Below the pieces are notes generated by a model. That model worked only from the letters and a program-made list of their open reading frames with translations. It did no database searches and had not been told where the DNA came from. A stretch of 64,000 nt of DNA from Candidatus Zixiibacteriota bacterium. GTDB taxonomy: Bacteria > Zixibacteria > MSB-5A5 > WJJR01. A program made the position numbers and the translations under genes. Below, piece by piece: positions 1-8,542 of this stretch; position 1 is the stretch's first letter, and every line of letters begins with the position of its first letter. Where the stretch lies: the NCBI GenBank assembly GCA_040752595.1, contig JBFMGX010000020.1, forward strand, positions 21,622 to 85,621, read 5' to 3'.

Positions 1-337
1 GGCAAGTGGGTCTTGTGCCTCTCTGGCTGGTGTGGGTCGACGCCCTCCGGGTCGTATCGCTGCTCCTGCTGTTGATCGGTGTCAGCCGTATCCGGAAGGT
101 CCTGGCGTGATCTTCCTGTCGGCGACGATCTGCCGTGACGGCAACATCTTCGCGTCCCATGCCTTCCCGGCCATGGCCCCACGCCAGGCCACTCGAGTCT
201 TGGCACTTCGCCGGTAAAGTCACGCCGCGCGAAAGTCGATATCAATAATTGTCCTATGAGAAGACTCCCGCTGCAGTCGGAGGGCGACTTTCCGGCGCAT
301 CGGGGGCGGGCTTGGGGTCCATCGTCACCGGAACCGT

Positions 338-1240
338 ATGCTGAGCGTTGCACACCTCGACGAGCGCATTGAGAAGTGCCTGGCGATTCTGGCGGACAAT
401 CCGCATTCGCAGGTCTTTGCCGCGTTGGCCGAGGCCTACCGCAAGCGCGGCGACTTCGGCCGTGCCTTTTCGATCTGCCGGGGCGGGTTGAAACACCACC
501 CGAACTACGCTCCGGCGCACCTCGTGCTGGCCAAGTTGTACCTGCATCAGGGGATGGTGGTGGAGTCGTTGGCCTCTCTGCAACGTGCGGCAGAGATCGA
601 CGGCGCGACGCGAGCCACCGATTTCGTTGAGGCCGAGATCCGCCTGGCGATGGGGGACGTCGAAAGTGCGCGCACCATCATCGATCGTCTCCGCGCCACC
701 GACCGCCACGATCCCGTCGTCAAAGATCTCGGTGACCGTCTCAAGGGGCTTCAACAGGCCGCCGCCTCTGCATCGTCGCACATCGCGGAGTCGGCGCCGC
801 CGGTGACCACCAGGACAGAGTTGCTACCGGGAGATACCGTCGAGTCGGCGACACACTCGATCATCGACTGGCCCCAATGGAGCAGCGTCGTGCGGGAGCA
901 GCCGCACGTGACCTGTGCCTTTGTGTTTGTGCCGTCGGATCCGGCCGGCGGCGCGGCGACCGTGGAGGTCGAAGCGCCTCCATCGCCATCGCCGATCGCC
1001 ATGGTCTGTGCCCGTCTGTTTCAGGAGGCAGGGGCAGAGCTGAGCCGCGCCGGTGGGGGCAGTCTCGACGAATTGCGCGTCGAACACCCCGGCGGCGAGG
1101 TCTGGTGCCGTCGCTACGGCGACCGTGTCGTGGGCTTCGCCGGCGATGCGGGTCTGTCGTTTGGCGCCGTGCGCCGGATTGCACTCAACACGGCTGAACG
1201 CGTGAACGCATGCACTGTCGATTCGACATCAACCTGTTGA
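338..1240 (+). CDS. TPR-repeat protein with C-terminal Roadblock/LC7-like region; first gene of the mglA cluster
   Basis: 300-aa ORF. The N-terminal ~165 aa read as TPR-type helical repeats (FAALAEAYRKRGDFGRAFSICRGGLKHHPNYAPAHLVLAKLYLHQG). The C-terminal ~120 aa (VTCAFVFVPSD...LRVEHPGGEVWCRRYGDRVVGFAGD...GAVRR) resemble a Roadblock fold by eye only. The next co-directional ORF starts 14 nt later. Confidence 0.55.
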   Translation: MLSVAHLDERIEKCLAILADNPHSQVFAALAEAYRKRGDFGRAFSICRGGLKHHPNYAPAHLVLAKLYLHQGMVVESLASLQRAAEIDGATRATDFVEAEIRLAMGDVESARTIIDRLRATDRHDPVVKDLGDRLKGLQQAAASASSHIAESAPPVTTRTELLPGDTVESATHSIIDWPQWSSVVREQPHVTCAFVFVPSDPAGGAATVEVEAPPSPSPIAMVCARLFQEAGAELSRAGGGSLDELRVEHPGGEVWCRRYGDRVVGFAGDAGLSFGAVRRIALNTAERVNACTVDSTSTC

Positions 1241-1253
1241 CGAGGATGACGGA

Positions 1254-2207
1254 ATGCCCAGCGCCCCAAGACGTCGCGCCGCCGCCCCCGGCGTTCTGGT
1301 TCGTCAGACGGTTCTCTACACCGGCGCGGTGATCGCCGTGCCTCTGATGCTGTACCCCCGGCGGTTGGGGTTCCCCTCCCTCGAGTTGAACCCGACTTTG
1401 GGCGTGCTGGAGTGGGGCTTCTATCTGGGCGTGTTCGTTGTCGCCGGCCTGCAGGTCTCCTGGTCGACGCGCATCGTGGCGGCGGGGTTCACGGTTCTTT
1501 ACCGGTTGTTGACCGGTGTGTTCTTGGGCACGTTGATCGTCGCGGCTCATGGCCGTCCCTGGGGCGCGACGATGTTCGAGATGATGTGGTCGTACCCTCT
1601 GGCGGTCATACCACAGGTGCTGTTGGCGCCGATCGTCCTGCGACCGGTGTGGGAGCGACTGTTGGTTGATGGGATGGCCCGTGGCGCCCGCCGCCCGGTC
1701 ACTTCACAACGGCGCGTTGTCATCGGGGATCGCACCGGGCTCCGTCCGTCCGCCTCGGCGGCCCGGCTGGCATCGACCATGCCGCCGACCAGTGCGAAGC
1801 CGTACGAGCCGTCACTCGATGATGCCGTTTCCTATGTCGGTGAGTACGACGGCGTGCGGATGTCCTGGATTGTGGACGGTGAGGGGCTGCCGCTGGCCGT
1901 GTGGCAACGGCAGCAGTATACCGGCGATGCGGATTTCTGGGCTCCGGTGGCGGTGGAGATGACGGAGTTTCATCGTCGGCGGTTGTCGGCGGCTGGACCC
2001 TGCCGCCCCGAGCGGGTGGAGGTCCGCACCGATCAGGGGCGTGTGATCGTGGAGGCGGTCGGGGGGTATTGGCTCGGCGTCCTGACCGATCCGGACGCGG
2101 ATGAACTGATCAACCTTCGCCTGGGCCGCGCGCGGGAGATGGCGGCCAGGAGTTTGCAGGAGAACGGTCGCCGGTTGGTGGGCGCCGGGGAGGTTCGCCA
2201 TGTATGA
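1254..2207 (+). CDS. Polytopic membrane protein with C-terminal Roadblock/LC7-like domain
   Basis: 317-aa ORF with GAGGA 7 nt upstream of the ATG. Residues ~15-135 form 4-5 hydrophobic helices. The C-terminus (VSYVGEYDGVRMSWIVDGEGLPLAV...RVEVRTDQGRVIVEAVGGYWLGVLTD...LRLGRAREMA) is Roadblock-like. Its stop overlaps the next start (ATGTATGA at 2200-2207). Confidence 0.55.
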   Translation: MPSAPRRRAAAPGVLVRQTVLYTGAVIAVPLMLYPRRLGFPSLELNPTLGVLEWGFYLGVFVVAGLQVSWSTRIVAAGFTVLYRLLTGVFLGTLIVAAHGRPWGATMFEMMWSYPLAVIPQVLLAPIVLRPVWERLLVDGMARGARRPVTSQRRVVIGDRTGLRPSASAARLASTMPPTSAKPYEPSLDDAVSYVGEYDGVRMSWIVDGEGLPLAVWQRQQYTGDADFWAPVAVEMTEFHRRRLSAAGPCRPERVEVRTDQGRVIVEAVGGYWLGVLTDPDADELINLRLGRAREMAARSLQENGRRLVGAGEVRHV

Positions 2208-2538
2208 GACGTTGTCGCAATTGAACAAGACCACCGGTGTGACCGGCAGCATGATCGTCGGCAATGACGGGATCGTGATTGCCGCGGACCTGGACGAGAA
2301 ATCGGACGACGAGACGCTGGGAGCGCTGGCTTCATCGATTGCCGCCACCGTGCGACGTTCGATGTCGGAGTTGGGGGCGCAGGATTTCTCCCAGATCACG
2401 GTGGAGGCCGAGAACCAGAAGATCTTCCTGACCGACGCGGGGGTCGGCACTTTGGTGGTGACCACCGAGCCGCGCGTCAACATCGGTTTGGTGCGTCTGG
2501 AGATCCGCAACGCCGTGCAGACGATCCAGCGCGGTTGA
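2200..2538 (+). CDS. Stand-alone Roadblock/LC7 domain protein (MglB paralog, MglC-like)
   Basis: 112 aa. The full length fits the Roadblock pattern: GVTGSMIVGNDGIVIAADL...LASSIAATV...ITVEAENQKIFLTDAGVGTLVVTTEPRVNIGLVRLEI. GGGGAGG lies 6 nt upstream of the ATG. Confidence 0.8.
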   Translation: MYETLSQLNKTTGVTGSMIVGNDGIVIAADLDEKSDDETLGALASSIAATVRRSMSELGAQDFSQITVEAENQKIFLTDAGVGTLVVTTEPRVNIGLVRLEIRNAVQTIQRG

Positions 2539-2587
2539 CGGCGTCGCATCCACCACAGGGCGTTCACCCGGAGAGAATAGACACCTT

Positions 2588-3535
2588 ATGGTTGCGATCA
2601 ACTATGCGTTTCGCGAGATCAGCTGCAAGATCGTCTACTACGGTCCGGGGTTGTCCGGCAAGACGACGAACCTGCAGTACGTGCACGACCGGGTGCCGGC
2701 CAAGTCGCGCGGCGAGTTGATCAGTCTGGCCACCGAGGCCGACCGTACGTTGTACTTCGACTTTCTGCCGATTCACGTGGGGGACATCGGCGGCTTTGCC
2801 ACGAAGTTCCAGTTGTACACGGTTCCGGGGCAGGTCTTCTACAACGCCACACGGAAGCTCGTGCTGCGCGGCGTCGACGGCATTGTCTTCGTAGCGGATT
2901 CCCAGCGCGCGAAGATGGATGAGAACGTCGAGTCGCTGGCCAACATGTACGAGAATCTGCGCGAGAACGACATCGATCCCACGCAGATCCCGATCGTGAT
3001 GCAATACAACAAGCGCGACCTGCCCGACATCGCGACGGTCGAGGAACTGGAACGCATTCTGAATCCGGAAGGACGGCCGTACACCGAGGCGTGCGCGGTG
3101 GAGGGGATCGGCGTCTTCGACACGATGAAACGCATCACCAAGCTCGTGCTCGAGGACACGAGACGACGCACGTCGGGGGTGACGGGCACGGTCACGCCGC
3201 CGCCGGCGCGGGGTGTCGTGGGACCGGTGGTGTCGGCCGCGGTCGGCGACGGGGCGCGCGTGATCGACTTTGAACAGTCCTCCCCGGGCATTGCCGTGGC
3301 GGCTCCTTCCGCCTCCGTCGGGGAACCGGCGGCGACGGCATCCGGGCCGATACGGGTTGCGCCGACGGCGGGAGACTCGCAACGGGAGACGTCCACGGCG
3401 CCTCCGGCAAGGCAACCGTCTGTGGCCCCCCGTCCGGAGGGAGCGACCATCATCGCGGCCCAGCGAAGCACACGCATACGCCGTCGACAACGATCATTCT
3501 TCGACCGCCTGTTCGGGTGGTTGTTCGGCCGTTAG
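2588..3535 (+). CDS. mglA: MglA-family Ras-like small GTPase with ~120-aa C-terminal extension
   Basis: The first ~195 aa align by eye along the whole of Myxococcus MglA: INYAFREISCKIVYYGPGLSGKTTNLQY, EADRTLYFDFLP, the MglA-specific LYTVPGQVFY (Thr in place of the G3 Asp), VFVADSQ, QYNKRDLP and GVFDT. A P/A/R-rich tail follows, ending RRRQRSFFDRLFGWLFGR. Confidence 0.9.
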   Translation: MVAINYAFREISCKIVYYGPGLSGKTTNLQYVHDRVPAKSRGELISLATEADRTLYFDFLPIHVGDIGGFATKFQLYTVPGQVFYNATRKLVLRGVDGIVFVADSQRAKMDENVESLANMYENLRENDIDPTQIPIVMQYNKRDLPDIATVEELERILNPEGRPYTEACAVEGIGVFDTMKRITKLVLEDTRRRTSGVTGTVTPPPARGVVGPVVSAAVGDGARVIDFEQSSPGIAVAAPSASVGEPAATASGPIRVAPTAGDSQRETSTAPPARQPSVAPRPEGATIIAAQRSTRIRRRQRSFFDRLFGWLFGR

Positions 3536-3547
3536 GGGAGGTTACTC

Positions 3548-4024
3548 ATGTCCTCGGGAGCATTCGTGCTATACGATGAGCAGATCGACCGGATCAACGC
3601 CGCGATGCTGCGCCTGATCAAGAAGGCGGAGGCGAAGTGCGCCCTGCTGGTGGACAAAGACGGGCATCTGATCACGCGGCAGGGCTTCACCCAGTCGCTG
3701 GACACGACGGCGCTGTCGGCTCTGCTGGCCGGGAGCTTCGCATCGACGCGGGAGATCGCCCGACTGGTCGGTGAACCGGAGTTCTCCGTGCTGTTCCACC
3801 AGGGCAAGCGGGATCATATCCACATTTCGCTGGTGGGCGACCGCAGCATCCTGGCGATCGTGTTTGACGACCGGACAACGATCGGCATGGTGCGGCTATA
3901 CGCCAAGGAAGCGGCCGACCGGCTCAAGGAGTTGATTTCCGCCTCGGTCCAGAAGGAAGCCCAGCTCGATCCGGACTTCGAGCTTCACGCGGGCGCGAAG
4001 ATCGACAGCATGTTCAAGGAGTGA
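3548..4024 (+). CDS. mglB: MglB (Roadblock/LC7 GTPase-activating partner of MglA)
   Basis: 158 aa. Matches Myxococcus MglB end to end: VLYDEQIDRINAAMLRL, LLVDKDGHLITRQG, SLDTTALSALLAGSFA, LVGEPEF, ILAIVFDDRTTIGMVRL and the C-terminal IDSMFKE tail. The SD GGGGAGG overlaps the mglA stop. Confidence 0.88.
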   Translation: MSSGAFVLYDEQIDRINAAMLRLIKKAEAKCALLVDKDGHLITRQGFTQSLDTTALSALLAGSFASTREIARLVGEPEFSVLFHQGKRDHIHISLVGDRSILAIVFDDRTTIGMVRLYAKEAADRLKELISASVQKEAQLDPDFELHAGAKIDSMFKE

Positions 4025-4097
4025 CGCCGGACCCGTCGACAGCACGGAGGCTTGACCGGACTGTGGACTGGGGTGACCGCGCCCGAATGGTGACACG

Positions 4098-5786
4098 GTG
4101 TCTCAGGAACTCGGCCACATGCTGGTTCAGGCGGGGCGGATCACGACGGCCCAGCTTGAAGAAGCACTGAAGACTCAGCGGGATTCCGGTGAGAAGTTCG
4201 TTGACATCCTCGTGCGGATGCGCGCGGTTGCCGACGAGGATGAACTCACCCATTTCATCGGCCGTCAACTCAACATCGGCGCGCTGCGCCTTTCCGACGT
4301 CGAGCTCGATCCCGACGTCATCAAGCTGATTCCCTTCGACATCGCCCGTCGCTTCAACGTCATCGCCGTGTCCCGGGTGGGCAAGACCCTGGTGGTGGCG
4401 ATCTCCGACCCGCACAACATCTACGTTCTCGATGCCATCAAGTTCATCACCGGGTGCACGATCCAGCCCGTAATCTCCCCCGAGCGCGCGATCGCCCGTT
4501 CGATCGACCAATACTATGGCGACGCGGGCGGCATCGGTGATCTGATCAAAGGGTTGGAGGATGGCGAACTGGAGGTCATCGAAGTCGAGGAACAGCTCGA
4601 CGACATGGATCTGCAGTCGCAGGTGCAGGACAAGCCGCTGGTCAAGCTGGTGGACAAGATCATCATGGAGGCGATCCACCGCCACGCTTCCGATATTCAC
4701 ATCGAGACCTACGAGAAGCGCATCCGCGTGCGTTATCGCGTCGACGGCACCCTGCGGGAGACGCAGCCGCTGCCGTTCAAATATCGCGCGGCCATCGTCT
4801 CGCGTGTGAAGATTATGGCCGATCTGGACATCTCCGAACGGCGGTTGCCGCAGGATGGGCGCATCAAGATCAAGATCGGCAAACGCGCGGTCGACCTGCG
4901 CGTCTCGGTCCTGCCGACGATCTTCGGGGAGAAGGTCGTCATGCGTATCCTGGACCCCGAGGCGCTGATGGCCGACCTGACCAAGCTCGGTTTCCCGGAA
5001 AATGCCCTGAACAACTTCCGCAAGGCGATCAGTCTTCCGTACGGCATGATTCTGGTCACCGGGCCGACCGGCTCGGGCAAGACGACGACGCTCTACTCGG
5101 CGCTGAAGACCCTCAACCGCCCGGAAGTCAACATCCTCACCGCCGAAGACCCGGTCGAGTTCAACTTCGAGGGCATCAATCAGGTCCTCGTGCGCAGCGA
5201 CATCGGGCTGACGTTCGCGGCCTCGCTGCGTTCCTTCCTGCGCCAGGACCCCGACATCGTGATGGTGGGAGAGATCCGCGACGGCGAGACGGCGGAGATC
5301 GCCATTCGCGCGGCGCTGACCGGGCATTTGGTCTTCTCCACGCTGCACACGAACGACGCCCCCTCGACGGTGCACCGTCTTGTGGACATGGGCGTACCCA
5401 GTTACCTCGTGGCCTCGGCGACCAAACTGATCATGGCGCAGCGAATGACCAAGAAGATCTGCACGGGATGCCGCGAGGAAGTCCCGGTGACCGACGAGCA
5501 CATCAATGCCCTGTCGCTGTCGCCGGCGGAAGCCAAAGGTCTGCGCGTCTTTGCCGGCAAGGGATGCGCCGAGTGCAATGGCACCGGATTGTCCGGGCGG
5601 ACGGGTATCTTCGAGGTCATGTTGATCACCCCGGCGCTGGAGACCATGATCCTGCAAAACGCTCCGGTCGAGACCATACGGCAGCAGGCGATTGCCGAGG
5701 GGATGCAGACGCTGCGTTCGGCGGCGATCGAGAAGATGAAGATCGGGCAGATCCCCTTTGAGCAGGTGCTGGCGGAGTCGGCCTGA
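4098..5786 (+). CDS. pilB: Type IV pilus assembly ATPase PilB (GspE family)
   Basis: 562 aa. GspII_E N-terminal domain, Walker A GPTGSGKTTT, DPDIVMVGEIRD, FSTLHTND, and the tetracysteine CTGC...CAECNGTG. Start is GTG 4098 or ATG 4119. Confidence 0.92.
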   Translation: MSQELGHMLVQAGRITTAQLEEALKTQRDSGEKFVDILVRMRAVADEDELTHFIGRQLNIGALRLSDVELDPDVIKLIPFDIARRFNVIAVSRVGKTLVVAISDPHNIYVLDAIKFITGCTIQPVISPERAIARSIDQYYGDAGGIGDLIKGLEDGELEVIEVEEQLDDMDLQSQVQDKPLVKLVDKIIMEAIHRHASDIHIETYEKRIRVRYRVDGTLRETQPLPFKYRAAIVSRVKIMADLDISERRLPQDGRIKIKIGKRAVDLRVSVLPTIFGEKVVMRILDPEALMADLTKLGFPENALNNFRKAISLPYGMILVTGPTGSGKTTTLYSALKTLNRPEVNILTAEDPVEFNFEGINQVLVRSDIGLTFAASLRSFLRQDPDIVMVGEIRDGETAEIAIRAALTGHLVFSTLHTNDAPSTVHRLVDMGVPSYLVASATKLIMAQRMTKKICTGCREEVPVTDEHINALSLSPAEAKGLRVFAGKGCAECNGTGLSGRTGIFEVMLITPALETMILQNAPVETIRQQAIAEGMQTLRSAAIEKMKIGQIPFEQVLAESA

Positions 5787-5828
5787 TGCTGGGCCTCCAG
5801 TCGTCTGATGATCCGCTTGGGATGTTGT

Positions 5829-6035
5829 GCCGCGGGTCTTCAGACCCGTGCTGCCAGCCCCCCGACAATGGGGACCCACGGGTCTAAAGGGCCTGTTGAA
5901 AAAGCTCGCGTTCCCGTGGCGCCGGGTGCCCACACCCGGCGCAAGTGACGGTGAATCACGGTCGGGTGAGGGCACCCGACCGCACATCTGCTCCATTCGG
6001 GCCTTGTTCAACACTCCCTAAAGACCCGTGGCACC
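5829..6035. repeat. Cluster of CACGGGTCT(T/G)(T/A)AGACCCGTG hairpin repeats (family F3)
   Basis: Hairpin cgggtcttcagacccg at 5833-5848. An inverted pair, ccacgggtctaaagggcctgttgaa (5877-5900) and ttcaacactccctaaagacccgtgg (6006-6031), bounds ~155 bp in the pilB-pilT spacer. The same hairpin recurs at 20771-20844. Confidence 0.8.
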
Positions 6036-6163
6036 CGGTATCCGGGTAGGACTGATTCCCAGCACGTCAGAGTCAAGTGCGCCCCTTGGGCGGCCGATAT
6101 TGGTAAAGAAGCGCCAAAGGTGGATTGGTAGGTCGCGGAGGGGAAGGCCGCAGCCGATTATCT

Positions 6164-7276
6164 ATGATGACATTGCGTGAATTGCTGGAGTTGATGGCGG
6201 AGCGCCGCGCCTCCGATCTGCATCTGACTGTGGGATCGCCCCCCCAGTTGCGGATCGACGGGCGCTTGGTCCGGCTGGAGGGTGAAGTGCTGACGCCGGA
6301 TCAGACCAAGAAACTCGCCTACAGCGTGATGAACGAGAAACAGCGCAAACGCTTCGAGGAAATCTGGGAGCTTGATCTGTCGTTCGGGATCGAGAATCTG
6401 AGCCGGTTCCGCTGCAATGTCTTCGTGCAGCGCGGCAACGTCGCCATCGCCATCCGCCAGATCCCCTTTAAGATTTCCTCGTTCGATGAATTGGGGCTGC
6501 CCAAGGTCGTGGCCGATCTGGCGAACCTGCCCCGGGGTCTGGCCCTGGTGACCGGGCCGACCGGCTCGGGGAAGTCGACGACACTGGCGGCACTCATCGA
6601 CCGGATCAACCGCGAACGCTACTGCCACATTCTCACGGTGGAGGACCCGATCGAGTACCTCCACCGCCACCAATGCTCCGTGGTCAACCAACGCGAAGTG
6701 CACACTGACACGACGTCCTTCGGTTCGGCGCTGAAGTACGCATTGCGTGAGGATCCCGACGTCGTGCTGATCGGCGAGATGCGCGACCTGGAGACGGTGG
6801 AGTCGGCGCTCAATATCTCGGAGACCGGCCACCTGGCCTTCGCGACCCTGCACACCAACTCCTGCGCCGAATCGGTCAACCGCATCATCGATGTCTTCCC
6901 GGTCAACCAACAGGAGCAGGTGCGCGTCACGTTGTCGTTTGTGCTGCAGGCGATCGTTTCCCAGCAATTGATTCCCCGCATCGGCGGCGGCCGCGTGGTG
7001 GCGCTGGAGATTCTCATCTGCACGCCGGCCATCCGCGCCTGCATTCGTGACGATAAAATCCACCAGATCTACTCGCTGATCCAGGCCGGGCAGAAGTTCG
7101 GCATGCGCACGATGAATCAATCACTGGCCGAGCTGTACATGTCCCACAAGATCACTTACGGCGACGCGGTGGCGCGATCGTCCAGCCCGCAGGAGTTGGA
7201 CGACACCATCGCGCGTGCCCGTGACAGCGGCGTGCGTCTGGGAGCCGCCGTGGGAGGAGAACGTGCCGCAGTTTGA
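6164..7276 (+). CDS. pilT: Twitching-motility retraction ATPase PilT
   Basis: Walker A GPTGSGKSTT, DPDVVLIGEMRD, AFATLHTNS, and the PilT-type AIRACIRDDKIHQIY motif. Start trimmed to ATG 6164 (MMTLRELLELM). Confidence 0.92.
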   Translation: MMTLRELLELMAERRASDLHLTVGSPPQLRIDGRLVRLEGEVLTPDQTKKLAYSVMNEKQRKRFEEIWELDLSFGIENLSRFRCNVFVQRGNVAIAIRQIPFKISSFDELGLPKVVADLANLPRGLALVTGPTGSGKSTTLAALIDRINRERYCHILTVEDPIEYLHRHQCSVVNQREVHTDTTSFGSALKYALREDPDVVLIGEMRDLETVESALNISETGHLAFATLHTNSCAESVNRIIDVFPVNQQEQVRVTLSFVLQAIVSQQLIPRIGGGRVVALEILICTPAIRACIRDDKIHQIYSLIQAGQKFGMRTMNQSLAELYMSHKITYGDAVARSSSPQELDDTIARARDSGVRLGAAVGGERAAV

Positions 7277-8462
7277 GTACAAAGGCAAGACGCTGGCCGG
7301 AACCGCAGTGGCGGGGGAGATCAAGGCCAAGGACCGGGCCGAATTGGACCGTCTCTTGCGCCGCAAGAAGATCATCCCCACCGCGGTCAACCGCAAGCCG
7401 TCGCAGCTCAACATTCGCATCGGGACCGGGGTCAAGAAGGTCCACATCTCGCGGTTCACCCGGCAATTTGCGACGATGATCGGCGCCGGGCTGCCGATGG
7501 TGCAATGCCTGGACATTTTGTCCAAGCAAATGGAGTCGGCCGAGTTGCGCAACGTGGTCGGCCAGATCAAGGATGCCGTCGCGTCCGGCTCGACCCTGGC
7601 CGAGGCGCTGGGGAAGCACAAGAAGATCTTCGACGACCTGTACGTGAATATGGTGGAGGCCGGGGAAATCGGCGGGGCGCTGGACACGATTCTCGTGCGT
7701 CTGGCGAATTACCGCGAGAAGGCGGATGCCTTGATCCGCAAGGTGCGTGGCGCGCTGGTGTACCCGTCGGTGATCGTGGTCGTGGCCATCGGCGTAACCT
7801 TCGCCATGCTCACCTACATCGTGCCTGTCTTCGCCAAGATGTTCTCCAATCTGGGCGCGGCGCTGCCGGCGCCGACGCAGATCATTCTCAATATCTCCCA
7901 TTTCCTGCGGGCCAATCTGCTCAAGATGTTTGTGGCCTTCGTGGCCCTTGGATTCGGCTTCCGCATGGCGTTGCGCACCGAGCGCGGGCGGTTGGCGTTT
8001 GACCGGGCCATCCTGAAGGCACCACTGATCGGAACGCTGATCCGCAAGAGCGCCGTGTCGCGGTTCACGCGCACGCTGGGGACGCTGCTCTCCTCGGGTG
8101 TTTCGATCCTCGATGCTCTGGAGATCACCGCCAAGACCGCCGGCAACCGCGTGATCCACGATGCGATCCGCCGCTCGGTGCTGGCGATCGCCGAGGGCGA
8201 CACCATCACCGGGCCGTTGCGCGAGACCGGCGTCTTCCCGCCGATGGTGACGCAGATGATCTCGGTCGGCGAAAAGACCGGCGGCCTCGACGACATGCTG
8301 GGGAAGATCGCCGACTTCTATGACGAGGAGGTGGATGCCGCGGTCTCGGCTCTGACCTCGATCATCGAGCCGGTGATCATCGTGTTCATGGGCGTGGTGA
8401 TCGGCGGCATTCTGATCGCGATGTACCTGCCGATGTTCGACATCATCGGCAAAATCCAATAG
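7263..8462 (+). CDS. pilC: Type IV pilus platform protein PilC (GspF family)
   Basis: Two GspF-type repeats and three hydrophobic segments. The N-terminus PQFEYKGKTLAGTAVAGEIKA is typical of PilC. Start set to the in-frame GTG at 7263, overlapping the pilT stop by 14 nt; the ORF-track start 7215 is probably too long. Confidence 0.9.
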   Translation: MPQFEYKGKTLAGTAVAGEIKAKDRAELDRLLRRKKIIPTAVNRKPSQLNIRIGTGVKKVHISRFTRQFATMIGAGLPMVQCLDILSKQMESAELRNVVGQIKDAVASGSTLAEALGKHKKIFDDLYVNMVEAGEIGGALDTILVRLANYREKADALIRKVRGALVYPSVIVVVAIGVTFAMLTYIVPVFAKMFSNLGAALPAPTQIILNISHFLRANLLKMFVAFVALGFGFRMALRTERGRLAFDRAILKAPLIGTLIRKSAVSRFTRTLGTLLSSGVSILDALEITAKTAGNRVIHDAIRRSVLAIAEGDTITGPLRETGVFPPMVTQMISVGEKTGGLDDMLGKIADFYDEEVDAAVSALTSIIEPVIIVFMGVVIGGILIAMYLPMFDIIGKIQ

Positions 8463-8542
8463 GATGCTCAAGCAGGAATCTGACCTGACGCGCCGTTCGC
8501 CGTGAACACCGGCGGACGGCGCCCGTCGCTTGTGCCAAAGCC

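Noticed and set aside
3-110. Possible 3' end of a membrane-protein gene entering from the left edge (QVGLVPLWLVWVDALRVVSLLLLLIGVSRIRKVLA*). Also a possible gene start at 63969 (MPKFTIVRAG).
   Set aside because: Only 35 and 10 codons are visible. The hydrophobic reading is suggestive, but neither can be supported as a feature.
4014-6014. 666-aa ORF on the minus strand, the longest ORF in the pil region.
   Set aside because: It is antisense to the clear pilB gene. Its translation is an R/G/D/H-rich GC artefact with no recognisable motif. The same reasoning applies to 6158-7120, 7152-8471, 9437-10330, 11684-12637, 13499-15388, 22055-23248, 23290-24495, 49895-51409, 54648-55775, 57678-60329 (883 aa) and 62321-63316.
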